DNA of 64,000 nt, from NCBI RefSeq assembly GCF_001194135.2, contig NC_068994.1:37749644-37813643 (forward strand). Reading direction: 5' to 3'. This stretch comes from Octopus bimaculoides. Lineage: Eukaryota. Position 1 is the stretch's first letter. The number at the start of each line of letters is the position of its first letter. The translations under genes and the position numbers were made by a program. Positions 12,769-25,774 of this stretch are shown here, in pieces. The notes beneath the pieces are model-generated. The model did not search any database and was not told where the DNA came from. It saw only the letters and a program-made list of their open reading frames with translations.

Positions 12769-13560
12769 GTTGAAAAATTGCAAGTGCGACCTTTAAACCA
12801 AATGGTAATCTGTTATATTTATATAGTCCTTTATTTGTATTCACTTTTAGAAATTTCAAGCATTCCTTGTCTACTTTAATTTGTAGGTATGCATCAGACA
12901 GATCCAGTTTTGAAAATATCTTGCCATCATTTAATTTTGCAAAAATATCCTCCAGAGTAGGTAACATATAGTGGCACACTTTTAGACAGTCATTCAAACC
13001 AGTAGAAAAATTGGCAAACACCCTGATTTTGTTATTTTTTTTCTAATACACACAGTCGGTGCTGCCCATTTAGAATGATCCCCTTTTTGAATAATTCCAA
13101 TTTTCTTTAGTCTGTCTAATTCTTCATCTACCTGTTTTATTGCAGCAAAAAGTACCTTTCTATTAGGTTTGAACATAAGTACAGTGTTTTCACTTATTTG
13201 AAAACATGCCTTAGTCTTAGAACAGAGACCTAATTTATCAGACAGCACTTCAGGGAACGGGTTTTTTTAATGTTTTCTTCAATTCCTTTGATGAGTTATT
13301 TTTACTAGTGGGACAGCCATTTACAGTACAGACTTATTTACAGTACAGACTTATTTACAGTACAGACTTATAGGGAGGCCCCATAAGTCAAACAACTCCA
13401 TCCAGTCTTTACTGAACAGATTGGCTGCATTTTTTAACATGAAAATTTTTGCTCTACAGGTTTTACCATGAACTTGGATTTACTAATCAGTAGAATTACA
13501 GTGGGATTGCTCCCCCTGAACAATCTTGATGCTTATAACTATTTGATGTGGTTAGCCAGA
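12769..13560 (-). mobile_element. Ty3/Gypsy LTR-retrotransposon pol remnant (protease end and RT N-half), frameshifted
   Basis: Translates as GKTCRAKIFMLKNAANLFSKDWMELF, VDEELDRLKKIGIIQKGDHSKWAAPTVCIRKK and FSTGLNDCLKVCHYMLPTLEDIFAKLNDGKIFSKLDLSDAYLQI...KGLYKYNRLPFGL. It is truncated before YxDD and no LTRs were found. Confidence 0.92.
13319..13369. repeat. 17-bp tandem repeat x3 (atttacagtacagactt) inside the Gypsy remnant
   Basis: Three identical units are visible. Confidence 0.95.
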
Positions 13561-13654
13561 ACCTGAAATATACCTGAGAGTTATTATGGTCTCCACCTGG
13601 ATAATTTAACCCTATATACTCATCGTATATATTAATAAATATATATATATATAA

Positions 13655-14040
13655 AATGAGGTAGTTTTGGTGAAGTATTGTGAGGTATAACTTTAAAGAA
13701 GGTTGTTGTGTAAGGCTCTAACAATGCAAGAAGCTACAAAGTAAGCTACAAAAGAAAAAGGAAACAGAACAAAGTTGCAGTTTTACCTTCTAGTTCGATA
13801 TTTTAGGGTGAAGATGCCACTCTTCAGGACATTTTGAAAAAGTGGTAGTTGAAAAAAGTCATTGCTCAGGAAAACAGGAAAAAAAAGACATCAAAATGTG
13901 AGTGTGTGTATATTTTTTATTAATATTTAGTAAAAGGTCTGAGAGTTTCATGCATTGGCACTTATCAAACTAGTCTGTGCCAACAATGCACAAAACTCTT
14001 GGAACTTGAGTCACTCCGTTACTTCTGCTAAATATTAATA
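13655..14040. mobile_element. Probable Penelope-like terminal-repeat remnants with degenerate hammerhead-like motifs
   Basis: Minus strand: cctgaagagtggc...accctaaaatatc (about 13790-13830) and ttgataag-tgc-caat-gca-tgaaactctc (13936-13972). Plus strand: a partial mirror copy at about 13973-14012. Confidence 0.5.
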
Positions 14041-14070
14041 TATATATATATGTGTATATATATATATATA

Positions 14071-14322
14071 CTGTTGTGTCTGGGAAGAGTCATTATCTTA
14101 TCGTGCCTTAAAATTTAACACACTCTCAAGAGTCAAGACTATTGAAAAGGTTGCAAGACGCAACGAAAATTTTAGGAAAATAAAAAATAATAAGTGGAAA
14201 TTTTAACGGTGAATGTGTTAAATTTTAAGGCACGATAAGAAAATGACTCTCCCCAGACACAACAGAATATGCTTCAACACACGAAATCACATAAAAAATC
14301 TTGCAAACCAAATCCCAAAACG

Positions 14323-14378
<56 letters not shown>

Positions 14379-14545
14379 TTGTTGTACTTGGGGATGGTCA
14401 TATTGCCAGTTTAGCCAATAAAAACACACGCACTGTATATTTGGTGTTAATTTGCTTCAGCTTTATATTACATTAACCTTAATCTTATTTCGGCCAGAGT
14501 TCTTTCGTCACACTTCTGTGACCTCATCAGTGGTCCTTTGTTTCC
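14071..14545 (-). mobile_element. Penelope-like element terminal-repeat fragment with a terminal inverted segment
   Basis: Contains a hammerhead motif at 14492-14536 and a 52-bp inverted repeat (14071-14122 versus 14214-14265, 2 mismatches). Both features are known from Penelope-like elements. Confidence 0.65.
14492..14536 (-). ncRNA. Minimal type-I hammerhead ribozyme motif
   Basis: RNA: GGACCA CUGAUGA G GUCAC-AGAAGU-GUGAC GAAA GAACUC/UGGCC. It shows the catalytic core, a 5-bp stem II, a 2-bp stem III, a CUC cleavage triplet and stem I GG(A)CCA:UGGCC. Confidence 0.7.
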
Positions 14546-15046
14546 TTCCTTCTTATGTGTGTCTCACCTTGCTAACTATCAGCCATTTGTATGTATGTAT
14601 GTATGTATATGAATTTTATTTCCCAAATTTCATTAAACTTATGGTCTACACAGATATCTTCATCTTATTGATCTTGGAAGAAAGAAAAGCAGTTACCTTT
14701 GGCAGGATTTGAACTCATAATATAAAGGAACATAACTAAATACCACAAACTATTGATTTTTAGACACTCCTCACCCTTCATGTACACATGCACATTCGGT
14801 TTTGCATTCTATTATTTATATTTATTTGTTATATACTTCTTTGAATGAAATTCTTCTTTTCCTCAAATATTTCCTTCACCCTCTCCCCCCACCCCTAATC
14901 TTGACATTTTTCATCTTATAGATTATCCACTCCCAGTTTATGAGTCAGATTTGTTGGCTGTTATTGTTGTTGTTGTTGTTGTTGTTGTTGTGATGCTATT
15001 GATGCTCATTAAGAAGATTATCAATCCCTGCAACAGAAAGATTTAC

Positions 15047-15070
15047 CTTTCATCTTTCGAAGAACAGCAT
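15047..15070 (-). other. Possible 24-nt microexon
   Basis: ctactttcctacattgtttatgcag|ATGCTGTTCTTCGAAAGATGAAAG|gtaaat. It is frame-preserving and could read (D)AVLRKMK(G). Confidence 0.22.
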
Positions 15071-15255
15071 CTGCATAAACAATGTAGGAAAGTAGGAGTG
15101 TAAATATCATGGCTGACCCTCTACCTCCTCTGTTGAATAAATAAATAAACACACAGTTTCACAACACCTATATACACACATATATCTCTGTATCTACATC
15201 TATATATATATATATGTTAGAAAAAATAAGGTACTCAGAGATCTGGATAGTTATA

Positions 15256-15300
<45 letters not shown>

Positions 15301-15310
15301 NNNNNNNNNN

Positions 15311-15348
<38 letters not shown>

Positions 15349-15882
15349 GCATACACTTAGTCTTGCTGTGAAATTAAGCTCTGTGAAGGCTATTTTGTGA
15401 CAGTTTAAAGATAAGGATGAAAGATATTTGACCAATTTCATTGTTACTTGGCTCATCAAGGTAAAAACAGTTGAAGTGGAGCTGTGTCAGTGGCCAGTTT
15501 ACATATCATCATCATCGTCATCATCATCATCATTTTAGGTCCACTCCTCCAGGTTTGTATGGATGAGAGAGAATTCGTTTATACAAACTTTTTATGGCTA
15601 AGATAACATTTCCCAACAGGCAGACATGTTTTTTTCACCCTAAACTGGAAACAAACAACATTGCATGCATGATGGTGATGCTTGTTTACAACTATCACAT
15701 GATGTCAAGACAAGTTCACACACACACACACACACACGTGTGTGTGTGTGTGTGTGGTTGTGTGGTAAAAAGTTTTCTTCCCAACCACATGGTTCTGGAT
15801 TCACTCCCACCTTGAGCAAGTGTCTTTGGGCTGACGAAATCCTTGTGAGTGGATCTAGTAGTTGAAAGTGAAAGAAGTCCAT

Positions 15883-15917
<35 letters not shown>

Positions 15918-15962
15918 GTGCGCATGTGTGTGAATGCGTGTGTTTGTGTGTGTGTGTGTGTT

Positions 15963-16042
<80 letters not shown>

Positions 16043-16212
16043 TTTGTGTTTGTGTTTGTCCCTTACCACTGTCAGTTCCTGTCAAACTATCCAACCCATG
16101 CCAGCATGGAAGACTGGTGTGAAATGATGATGATGATGGTGATGTTGGGCTTTTTTCAGTCTCTGTCTACCTAATTCACTCACAAGAATTCGGTCAGACC
16201 AAAGCTACAGTA

Positions 16213-17499
16213 TTAGGTTGTTCCGAATATAATGGCTGATTTCAGAAACAATTTTATTCTGAAAAAATTAACAATAGAAATGTTTTGATTAGTCAAAGAA
16301 TGAGCCATGAACATCTATGCATCTCTGCCATCGATCAACAAGATTATTTATGCTTCGTTGATGAAAAATCATTGGCTTTGATGCTAAGAAACCTTTGAAA
16401 GCTGATTCCACCTCTAGTTTGGACCTGAAAGTTTTATCACTTAAAAACTTGTTTAAATGCTTAAAAAAAATGGTAGTCAGTGGGTGAAAGATCAGGAGAA
16501 TATGGAGGATGTGGTAAAGTTTCATATCCAAAGTCTGTGAGTTTCTGCATTGTCATTCTTGCAACATGTGGCTTTGCATTATCATGGAGCAGAATTGGGC
16601 CATGCTGATTAACCAATGCAGGTCTCATTTTTTGCAAGTGAGCATGAATTTCAGCAAGTTGATTACAGTAAACCTCTGCTGTAATGCTCTGATTGGCTTC
16701 CAAAAAGCTGTAATGGACAACACCAATTGCAGACTACCAGGCAATCACCATAATCTTTTACTGATGCAACTTTGGCTTTGGGGAATGTTTGGGGGACTCA
16801 TCACAATCAAGCCATTCACCTGATCATTTACGGTTATCTTAAAGGATCCACTTTTCATTACAAGTGACTATTCGGACAAGGAAAGGATCATTGGTGTTTT
16901 GCAGAAAGAGCATCAAATACACTTCAAAACACCGATCTCTTTGATTTTCACTGAGCTCATGTGGTACCCATTTATTGAGCTTTTTCACCTTACCAATCTT
17001 CTGCAAATTGTGTGAAACCATTGCAACACTGACACCAAGTGCCTGAGACATTTCTCTGACACTTTGATGTGGGTTTTGTTCAACAATTGCTTTCAATTGT
17101 TCATTGTCAAGACTGCATGACTGTCCTCTACCTTCTTCATCTTCAAGGCTCTCATCTCCACTACAGAATTTCTGAAACCACCTTCGTACTCAGCGATCAC
17201 TTGTGGACTCCTCTCCTCATGCTCTGTTAATATTGGCAGCAGTTTGGGAGGTATTGTGCCCAAGCTTGAACTCATGCAAGAAAAGTAAGTGAAAGTCCTT
17301 TCTTTTTTGTCATGTTAATAATTAAGGGTGCCTATGCTTCAAGAATGTTTTCTGCCTGAAATAAGTAGAAAATTATTTAAGAGCATACATCAATTATTAT
17401 GTATGTCGAAATTCACCTAAAATATAATTAAAATACTATGATAAAATTGTGTTTCAAAACACAACACTTAGAGCAGTCATTATTTTCGGAACAACCGAA
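16213..17499 (-). mobile_element. Full-length mariner (DD34D) transposon, 1287 bp, inactive
   Basis: TIRs ttaggttgttccgaatataatggctg and cagtcattattttcggaacaaccgaa. TA lies on both sides (16211-12 and 17500-01). Confidence 0.96.
16289..17313 (-). pseudogene. Mariner transposase pseudogene (~340 codons, several stops and frameshifts)
   Basis: ATG at 17313. Motifs: FLHEFKLGHN, KWVPHEL, IVTCNEKW (first catalytic D reads N), LLHDNAKPH, HPPYSPDLSPTDYHFF, and the end RWQRCIDVHGSFFD*. Confidence 0.95.
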
Positions 17500-17680
17500 T
17501 AGAAGATGCCTGGGTACAAGTGGCTGATAAAACAGTCTGCTTGTTCAGGCAAGGTGAAGCCATTATATCATAGGAGAGGAAGAATTGGTAAAAAGATAAA
17601 AAGCAGTTGTATTTAGTGTTGAACTGATGAGCAAAAGTTTACTAATAAAATCAAATGATTTTCTTTTTGGGACCACTGAT

Positions 17681-18805
<1,125 letters not shown>

Positions 18806-18891
18806 ATGATATGGCGCTGCTATGTTCATGAATGCTCAGAGAACTGTCTGCTGTTTTACTATTGTTTGTCTCTTACTCCTACTTCTTTCCT

Positions 18892-18922
<31 letters not shown>

Positions 18923-19029
18923 TCACACACACACACACATACACATTAACACACTTTTTCTTCTCACTATATCTCTTTTACGGTCTCTCTCCACCACTGT
19001 TTCTATTTTTCTTTTCTGAGTTGATAAAG

Positions 19030-20063
19030 AAAGAATGAGTAAATGAGTAGAGGGAGAGAGAGAGAGGGAGAAAGAGAGAGGGAGAGAGAAGGGGAGAAAG
19101 AGAGAGGGCGAGAAAGAGAGAGGGAGAGAAAGAGAGAGGGAGAGAAAGAGAGAGAGGGAGAGAGAAGGGGAGAAAGAGAGAGAGAGAGACAGACAGATAG
19201 CCAGATAGAGAAAGAGAAAGAAATGGTTCAATATGAAAGTAGCAGGAATAGAAAAAGTGTCTGTGGAGTTCAGTCCATGTGTGTGTGTGCCTGCATGTCA
19301 GCATGTGTGTATGCGTGTGTGTGTGTGTGAGAGAGAGAGAGAGACAGACAGGCAGAGAGTATGTCATCATCATCGCCATCATCATTTAATGATGAGAGGG
19401 AAAAAGAAAGGGAGCAAGAGTGAGGCTGGGAGAGAGAAACAGTAAAATTAACGAGAGAGTAACAGCAAAAGAGAAAGAAAAGAGAACAGATATAGGGATG
19501 AGATGAGAATGAGAGAGAGAGAGAGAGAGAGTAAGGAAAAGGATAGTGATGGAGGAACACATGATTAGACAGATGGATACACAAGGAGAAAGTGAGATAG
19601 CTAGATAGATGAATAATTAAAGAGATAGAGAAAGAGAAAGTGAAAGTGGGGACAGAGAGAGTGAAGGAAAGAAAGAGAGAGAGAGATGGAATATTCTTTT
19701 CTACTCTAGGCACAAAGCCCGAAATTTTTGGGGAGGGGGGCCAGTCGATTAGATTGACCCCAGTATGCAACTGGTACTTAATTTATCGACCCCGAAAGGA
19801 TTAAAGGCAAAGTCGACCTCGGCGGAATTTGAACTCAGAACGTAAAGACAGATGAAATAACAATAAGCGTTTCGCCCAGCATGCGAACGTTTCTACCTGT
19901 TTGCTGCCTTGAGAGATGGAATATTAGAGACAAAGTAAGCAAGAGAAAAATAAAGAGACTAAGAGGAAACGAAATAAAGGGAGATAATAAAAAGTTAGAG
20001 ATGACATGAAGAAAGAATTGAAAAGAGGATAACACGGAAGAATGAATGAAGAAATAATAGAAT

Positions 20064-20126
<63 letters not shown>

Positions 20127-20150
20127 AGAGAGAAAGAGAAAGAGATTAGT
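19030..20150 (+). repeat. GA-rich low-complexity tracts containing an intact SINE D copy (19690-19885, minus)
   Basis: (GA)n and AGAGAA arrays. The SINE retains CpGs: cgaccccgaaaggattaaaggcaaagtcgacctcggcggaatttgaactcagaacg. Confidence 0.9.
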
Positions 20151-20440
20151 CTATGGTGAAAGAGAAAGAGGCTGCAGCAGATCTATTTGTTTCAGTTGTT
20201 AGTCCATTCTGGAGCATTGTCATGAAAATTAATCAACTCAGTCTTAGGGAGATTTTAAGTTTGATAATTTTTCTGTTGATCACTTTTTGTCAAACCACAA
20301 GGTTACGAGAATTTAAAGAAACTACCACTGTACATGCAGATACATAAACAATACAAACATATAAATATATAGAAGTCTATATAAATAAACACACACACAT
20401 ACACATACACACATGTATAAACGTTATGTATGAATGTATG

Positions 20441-20481
<41 letters not shown>

Positions 20482-20874
20482 TTATGTGTGTGTGTATATA
20501 TATATATACAGATATATGTGTGTGTGTGTGTGGGAAGTTAACAATTGTTTATTATCAACAGCAAATTAATCATCATCCCTTACAGCTGTTTCAATTAATA
20601 CTCAGTAAATATTAAATAAATATTAAATTTATATGATAATTAATTTGCTGTTAATAATAGACAATTATTAACTTCCCAATCTTTTTTTCTTTTTCTTCTT
20701 TCATATGAATATAAACTATAGGTTTTTATATATATAATTTTAAGGAAATTAATTCCCCCAAAATACTAGGTATTGAACCAGTGTTTCCTTGGATGAAACC
20801 ATCACTTCATAAGGTTAATACAACCTCTAATCGAAGTACATATATATAATATACATACACTATATATATATATA

Positions 20875-21420
20875 GAGAAAAGTTGAACATAAGAAGCATC
20901 AGATGTGGTGTGCAAGAGAGATGACTGCACAGATATGGTCATGTGTGGTGTATGGCTAAAGATAGCTGTGTGTAAAAGTGTCACAACCTAACAATAGAGG
21001 GAACCTGTGGAAAAAGTAGACCCAGGAAGACCTGGGATGAGGTGGTGAAGTATAAGCTATGAACGTTGGGCCTTACAGTATAACCTATGAACGTTGGCCT
21101 TACAGAAGCAATGACAAGCGACTGGGATCTTTGGAGATATGCTGCACTTGAGAAGACCCGGCAAGCCAAGTGAGACCATAACCATGGCCTATGCCAATGC
21201 AGCATAACTGGCCCATTTAAGAATACCCTTCTGTCATTGGGAAATAAACTGCTCTTGCGAAAACCTGTTGAGTCAACTGAAGTCATTGTCGTGGCTGACG
21301 ACAGCACCGCCTGATTGGCACCCATGCCAGTGGCACGTAAAGAGCACCATTTGAGCATGGTCAATGCCAGTGCTGCCTGACTGGTCTCGTGCTGGTGACA
21401 TGTAAAAAACACTATTTGAG
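20875..21420 (+). mobile_element. RTE-clade LINE 3' end (ORF C-terminus plus 3' region), degenerate
   Basis: EKLNIRSIRCGVQER*LHRYGHV...IEGTCGKSRPRKTWDEVVK...LWRYAALEKTRQAK* resembles the RTE 'LRWYGHV...GRGRPRKTW' signature. Confidence 0.85.
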
Positions 21421-22643
21421 CATGGTCATTGCCAAGGCCGCCTTAAGTCATTGAATTTTTATTGTTTGTATGTGGGATATATTGCCCTACTCTTTGAAAC
21501 GCCTGTGTTAGAATGGGGGCAGTTGATGAAGGAGATGTTCTCTATGTGGCCTGTGTGTTTTCTGTACTCCTTTATCATTTTGTCTATGCTTTGTTTGCAA
21601 TGTCCTGTACCCAGATATGCATCTATATATACAGGTAGATGTAAGTATGTACATACATGTACGTATATATGCATATACTCATTTATTATTTGTATTATTT
21701 ATAAATATATATATATATATATATATCATCATCATCATCATCATCATTATCACCATCATTGCTTAATGTCTGCTTTCCATGCTGGCATGGGTGGGACGGT
21801 TTGACAGGAACTGGCCAGGCAAAAGCCTGTATCAAACTTCTGTGTCTGTTTTAGCAAGATTTTTTAATGTATATATGTATGTTTGTATGTATGTATGAAT
21901 ATATATAGGTATGTATATGCATGTATGTGTGTGTGTGTATGTGTATGTATTTATGTATGTATAAAAAAACAAGTTAAAGCCAGTGGCATGTATTTGAACA
22001 ATATAGACAAATAAAGGTATATCAAATGCCATACAACATAAATTCTTGAGTTTTATTGAAATTATCTCTGCGTCTTGAAGATGTATCATAATTACCTAGT
22101 AACAATAAAGAACATCTCAAATTGAGAAAAGGAGATCATCACAAGAATGAAGATTTTCTCTAAAGTACACATGCCAATAAGGTAAAGGACAGACTTAGTG
22201 TCCAGACAAGTTATAAATCATGGTTCAATAGCCATCATCAGCATGACAAGTGCCTGATCTGCAGTAGCCAGGGAACTTAGACTTATACAAAAAGGAATTT
22301 ATAAATGTATAAGTGTATATGTACATGTATACATATATATGCATATATGTATATATGTGTATATATGTACATACGTGTATATGTATAAATATATATATTA
22401 TATGACAGTATTTTTTGCTTTTTTTTGTGCCAACCTTCTTCACATTTTTTCCCATTTATTTTCTTATTTTCTTACTGTCCAGCATTCTTGTTTTTAAAAT
22501 AGATATAATGATTAAACAGAGCCTGAAATATTGCTTTAAGATACATTTTATAAATATGCATCTTCAAGTATCATAATAGCATGAAACTATTAGTAGCTCT
22601 TTTGGTTGTGTATTTAAATTGATGTGTGTGGTGTGTGTGTGTG

Positions 22644-22722
<79 letters not shown>

Positions 22723-23159
22723 ATATGTATGTATGAATGTATGTATACACGCACACGTGCGCACACACAAACACACTCACACACATAATAGGCTTCAGCA
22801 AAGTTTCTATGTACCCAATTCATACAGAAATCATTGGTTCACCTGGGGCTATAGTCAAGGACACTTGCTCAAGGTGCTGCGCAATGAAATAGAACCTGGA
22901 GCAGGTGATTGCAAAGCAAAGCTATTTATGACATTGTTATACCTGCACCTTTACAATAAAATAAATCATTGAAAAGAAAAAATAACACAGAATGGAATAG
23001 TTTATATGAGATTGAAAATGAAAAAGAATGGCAAAATGAGAAAAGAAAATGAGAGAAAGAAAATGTAGATGTTGACATGAATAAGAAGGAAAGTGCATGA
23101 AAGATGGGAAGAAAGAATAATAATGAAGGAAGTTGAAAGAAATTTATGAAGAAATAGGT

Positions 23160-23465
23160 GCAGGAGTGCTAAAAAACTTGCTTCCCAACCACATGGTTGC
23201 GGGCTCAGTCCCACTGTGTGGCATCTTTGGCTAGTGTCTTCTACTATAGCTTCAGGTCAACCAAAGCCTTGTGAGTGAATGTGATTGAAGGAAACTGAAA
23301 GAAGCCCATTACACATCATCATCATCATCATCATCATTTAACATCCACTGGACGATTTGACTGAGGACTGGCGAACCAGATGGCTACACAGGGCTCCAAT
23401 CTGATTTGGCAGAGTTTCTACAGCTGGATGCCCTTCCTAATGCTAAACATTCCGAAAGTGTAGTG

Positions 23466-23500
<35 letters not shown>

Positions 23501-23730
23501 ACATTTGTGTGTCTGTGCTTGTCCCCCCACCACCACCACCACCATTGCTTGACCACCAATGTTGGTGTGTTTATGTCCATGTAACTTAGAGGTTCGGCAA
23601 AAATTGACTGATAGAATAAATATTAGGATACAAAGAATAAGTCCTGGGGGGTCAATTTGTTCAACTAACGACAGTGCTCCAGCATGACCGCAGTCAAAGT
23701 GACTAAAACAAGTAAAAGTATAAAAGCATA
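23160..23730 (+). mobile_element. SINE family A copy interrupted by an opposite-strand family C insert (about 23320-23460)
   Basis: Head at 23165-23310 and tail at 23500-23725, with catcatcatttaacatcc...ggatgcccttcctaa between them. Confidence 0.8.
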
Positions 23731-23744
23731 AATGTGTGTGGGCA

Positions 23745-24300
23745 AGAAGAAATGAGAAAGTGAAAGGAAAGACAGAAGAAGGAAAAGGAGGAAGGAAAGG
23801 AGAGAAGAAAGGAGGAAGGGGAGAAAGGAGGGTGGGGGAGAAAGGAAGAGAGGAAAGATGGGAGGATGGAACGATGGATTGAAGGAAGAAGGAATGAAAG
23901 AACGAATAAAGGCAGGGTGGATGGAAAGAAGGAAGGATGGTTGGCAGGGAGAAAAGAAGGAAAGACAGGAGGAAAGAAAGAAAAGCCAAAGGAAGGATGA
24001 AAGGAAGGATTAAAGGAGGAAGGAAGGAAGGAAGGGTGAAAGAAAAAAGAAAATGTAGAATGATGGAAATAGAAAGAGAGGAAAAGAAGTAAGAGAGAAA
24101 GAATAAGAAAGAGAAAGAATTGATATAAAGAGGAAAGTAGAAGGAAAGAATGAAAGGCAAAAGAAGTGAAAGAAAATAAAAAGAGATTAAATAAGAATTG
24201 CTAAAAAGAATGAGAAACAAAGAAGAAAGAGAGAGTGGAAGAGAAAGAAATTAGAAGGTGAAGAAAATTAGAGGGAAAGTGAGAGGAAATGAGAGGAAGA

Positions 24301-24341
<41 letters not shown>

Positions 24342-25743
24342 AAATTTTATGAAGTAGACAAAGGTTCAAGAAAGGAGTAAGAGTAAGAGGAAAATAGAGG
24401 TGAGAGGAGGAGAGAGATAGGAGAGAGGGAGAAAGAGGGAGAGAGAGAGAGAGAGAGAGAGAAATGAAATACGAATCTGTAACGAGAAAAGGAAAGTAAA
24501 AGGAATGATAATATGAGGTTTAGTGTGAGGTAGATAACAGTAGGATAAAAACTGGGGACATATAGAGAGATAGTGGGAGGGAGGGACAGAGAAAGGAAAG
24601 GGAAGAGNNNNNNNNNNNNNNNNNNNNNNNNNNNNNNNNNNNNNNNNNNNNNNNNNNNNNNNNNNNNNNNNNNNNNNNNNNNNNNNNNNNNNNNNNNNNN
24701 NNNNNNNNNNNNNNNNNNNNNNNNNNNNNNNNNNNNNNNNNNNNNNNNNNNNNNNNNNNNNNNNNNNNNNNNNNNNNNNNNNNNNNNNNNNNNNNNNNNN
24801 NNNNNNNNNNNNNNNNNNNNNNNNNNNNNNNNNNNNNNNNNNNNNNNNNNNNNNNNNNNNNNNNNNNNNNNNNNNNNNNNNNNNNNNNNNNNNNNNNNNN
24901 NNNNNNNNNNNNNNNNNNNNNNNNNNNNNNNNNNNNNNNNNNNNNNNNNNNNNNNNNNNNNNNNNNNNNNNNNNNNNNNNNNGGAGGAGATGAAGGAGGA
25001 GGAGGAGATGAAGGAGGAAGGAGGAGATGAAGGAGGAGGAGGAGATGAAGGAGGGGGAGGAGGAGGAAGAGGAGGAAGGGGAGGAAGAAGGAGGAGGAGA
25101 AGTGAAGTTGGTAGTGTTGAAGGCGGAGGTGGCAATAGTGGTGCAGCAGTGGCAGTGATGATAATGGTGGTGGTGGTGGTGGTGGAGGTGAGGAAGTGCT
25201 GAATGGAGTGAAAGTGAAAGTAACATAAGTGTAGGTGAGGAGTGAAGAGGAAATAAGAGTGGGAGTGTGTGAAAATTATTGGAAAAGCGGAATGGTATAA
25301 GTTGATAGTAATAGTAAGAGTATATGTGTGTGTGTGTGCACGTATCCATGTGTGTCTGTGTGTGAGTGTGTTTGTGTGTGTGTGTGTAGTATGAGGGCTG
25401 AAGTAAGAGTGAGAGAGAGAGAAATAGTGAAGGAAGGAGTAAAAGACAAATAAAGGAAAGTAAGAAATAAGAGAGAGAAAGGAAGAATGAGTTGAAAAGA
25501 AAGAAAGAAAGAAAGAAAGAAAGGAAGGAAGGAAGGAAGGAAGGAAGGAAGGAAGGAAAGAAAGAAAGATGGAAAGTAAAGAAAGGAGAAAAGAAGAGGA
25601 AAAGGAAAGAAAGAAAGAAAGACAGGAAGGAAGGAAGGGAGGAAGGAAGGAAGGAAAGAAAGAAGAAGAGATGGAAAGGAACGGAAAGGAAGGAGGAGAT
25701 AAAGAATTAAAGAAAGAAAGAAAGAAAGAAAAGAAGGAAGGGT

Positions 25744-25774
<31 letters not shown>

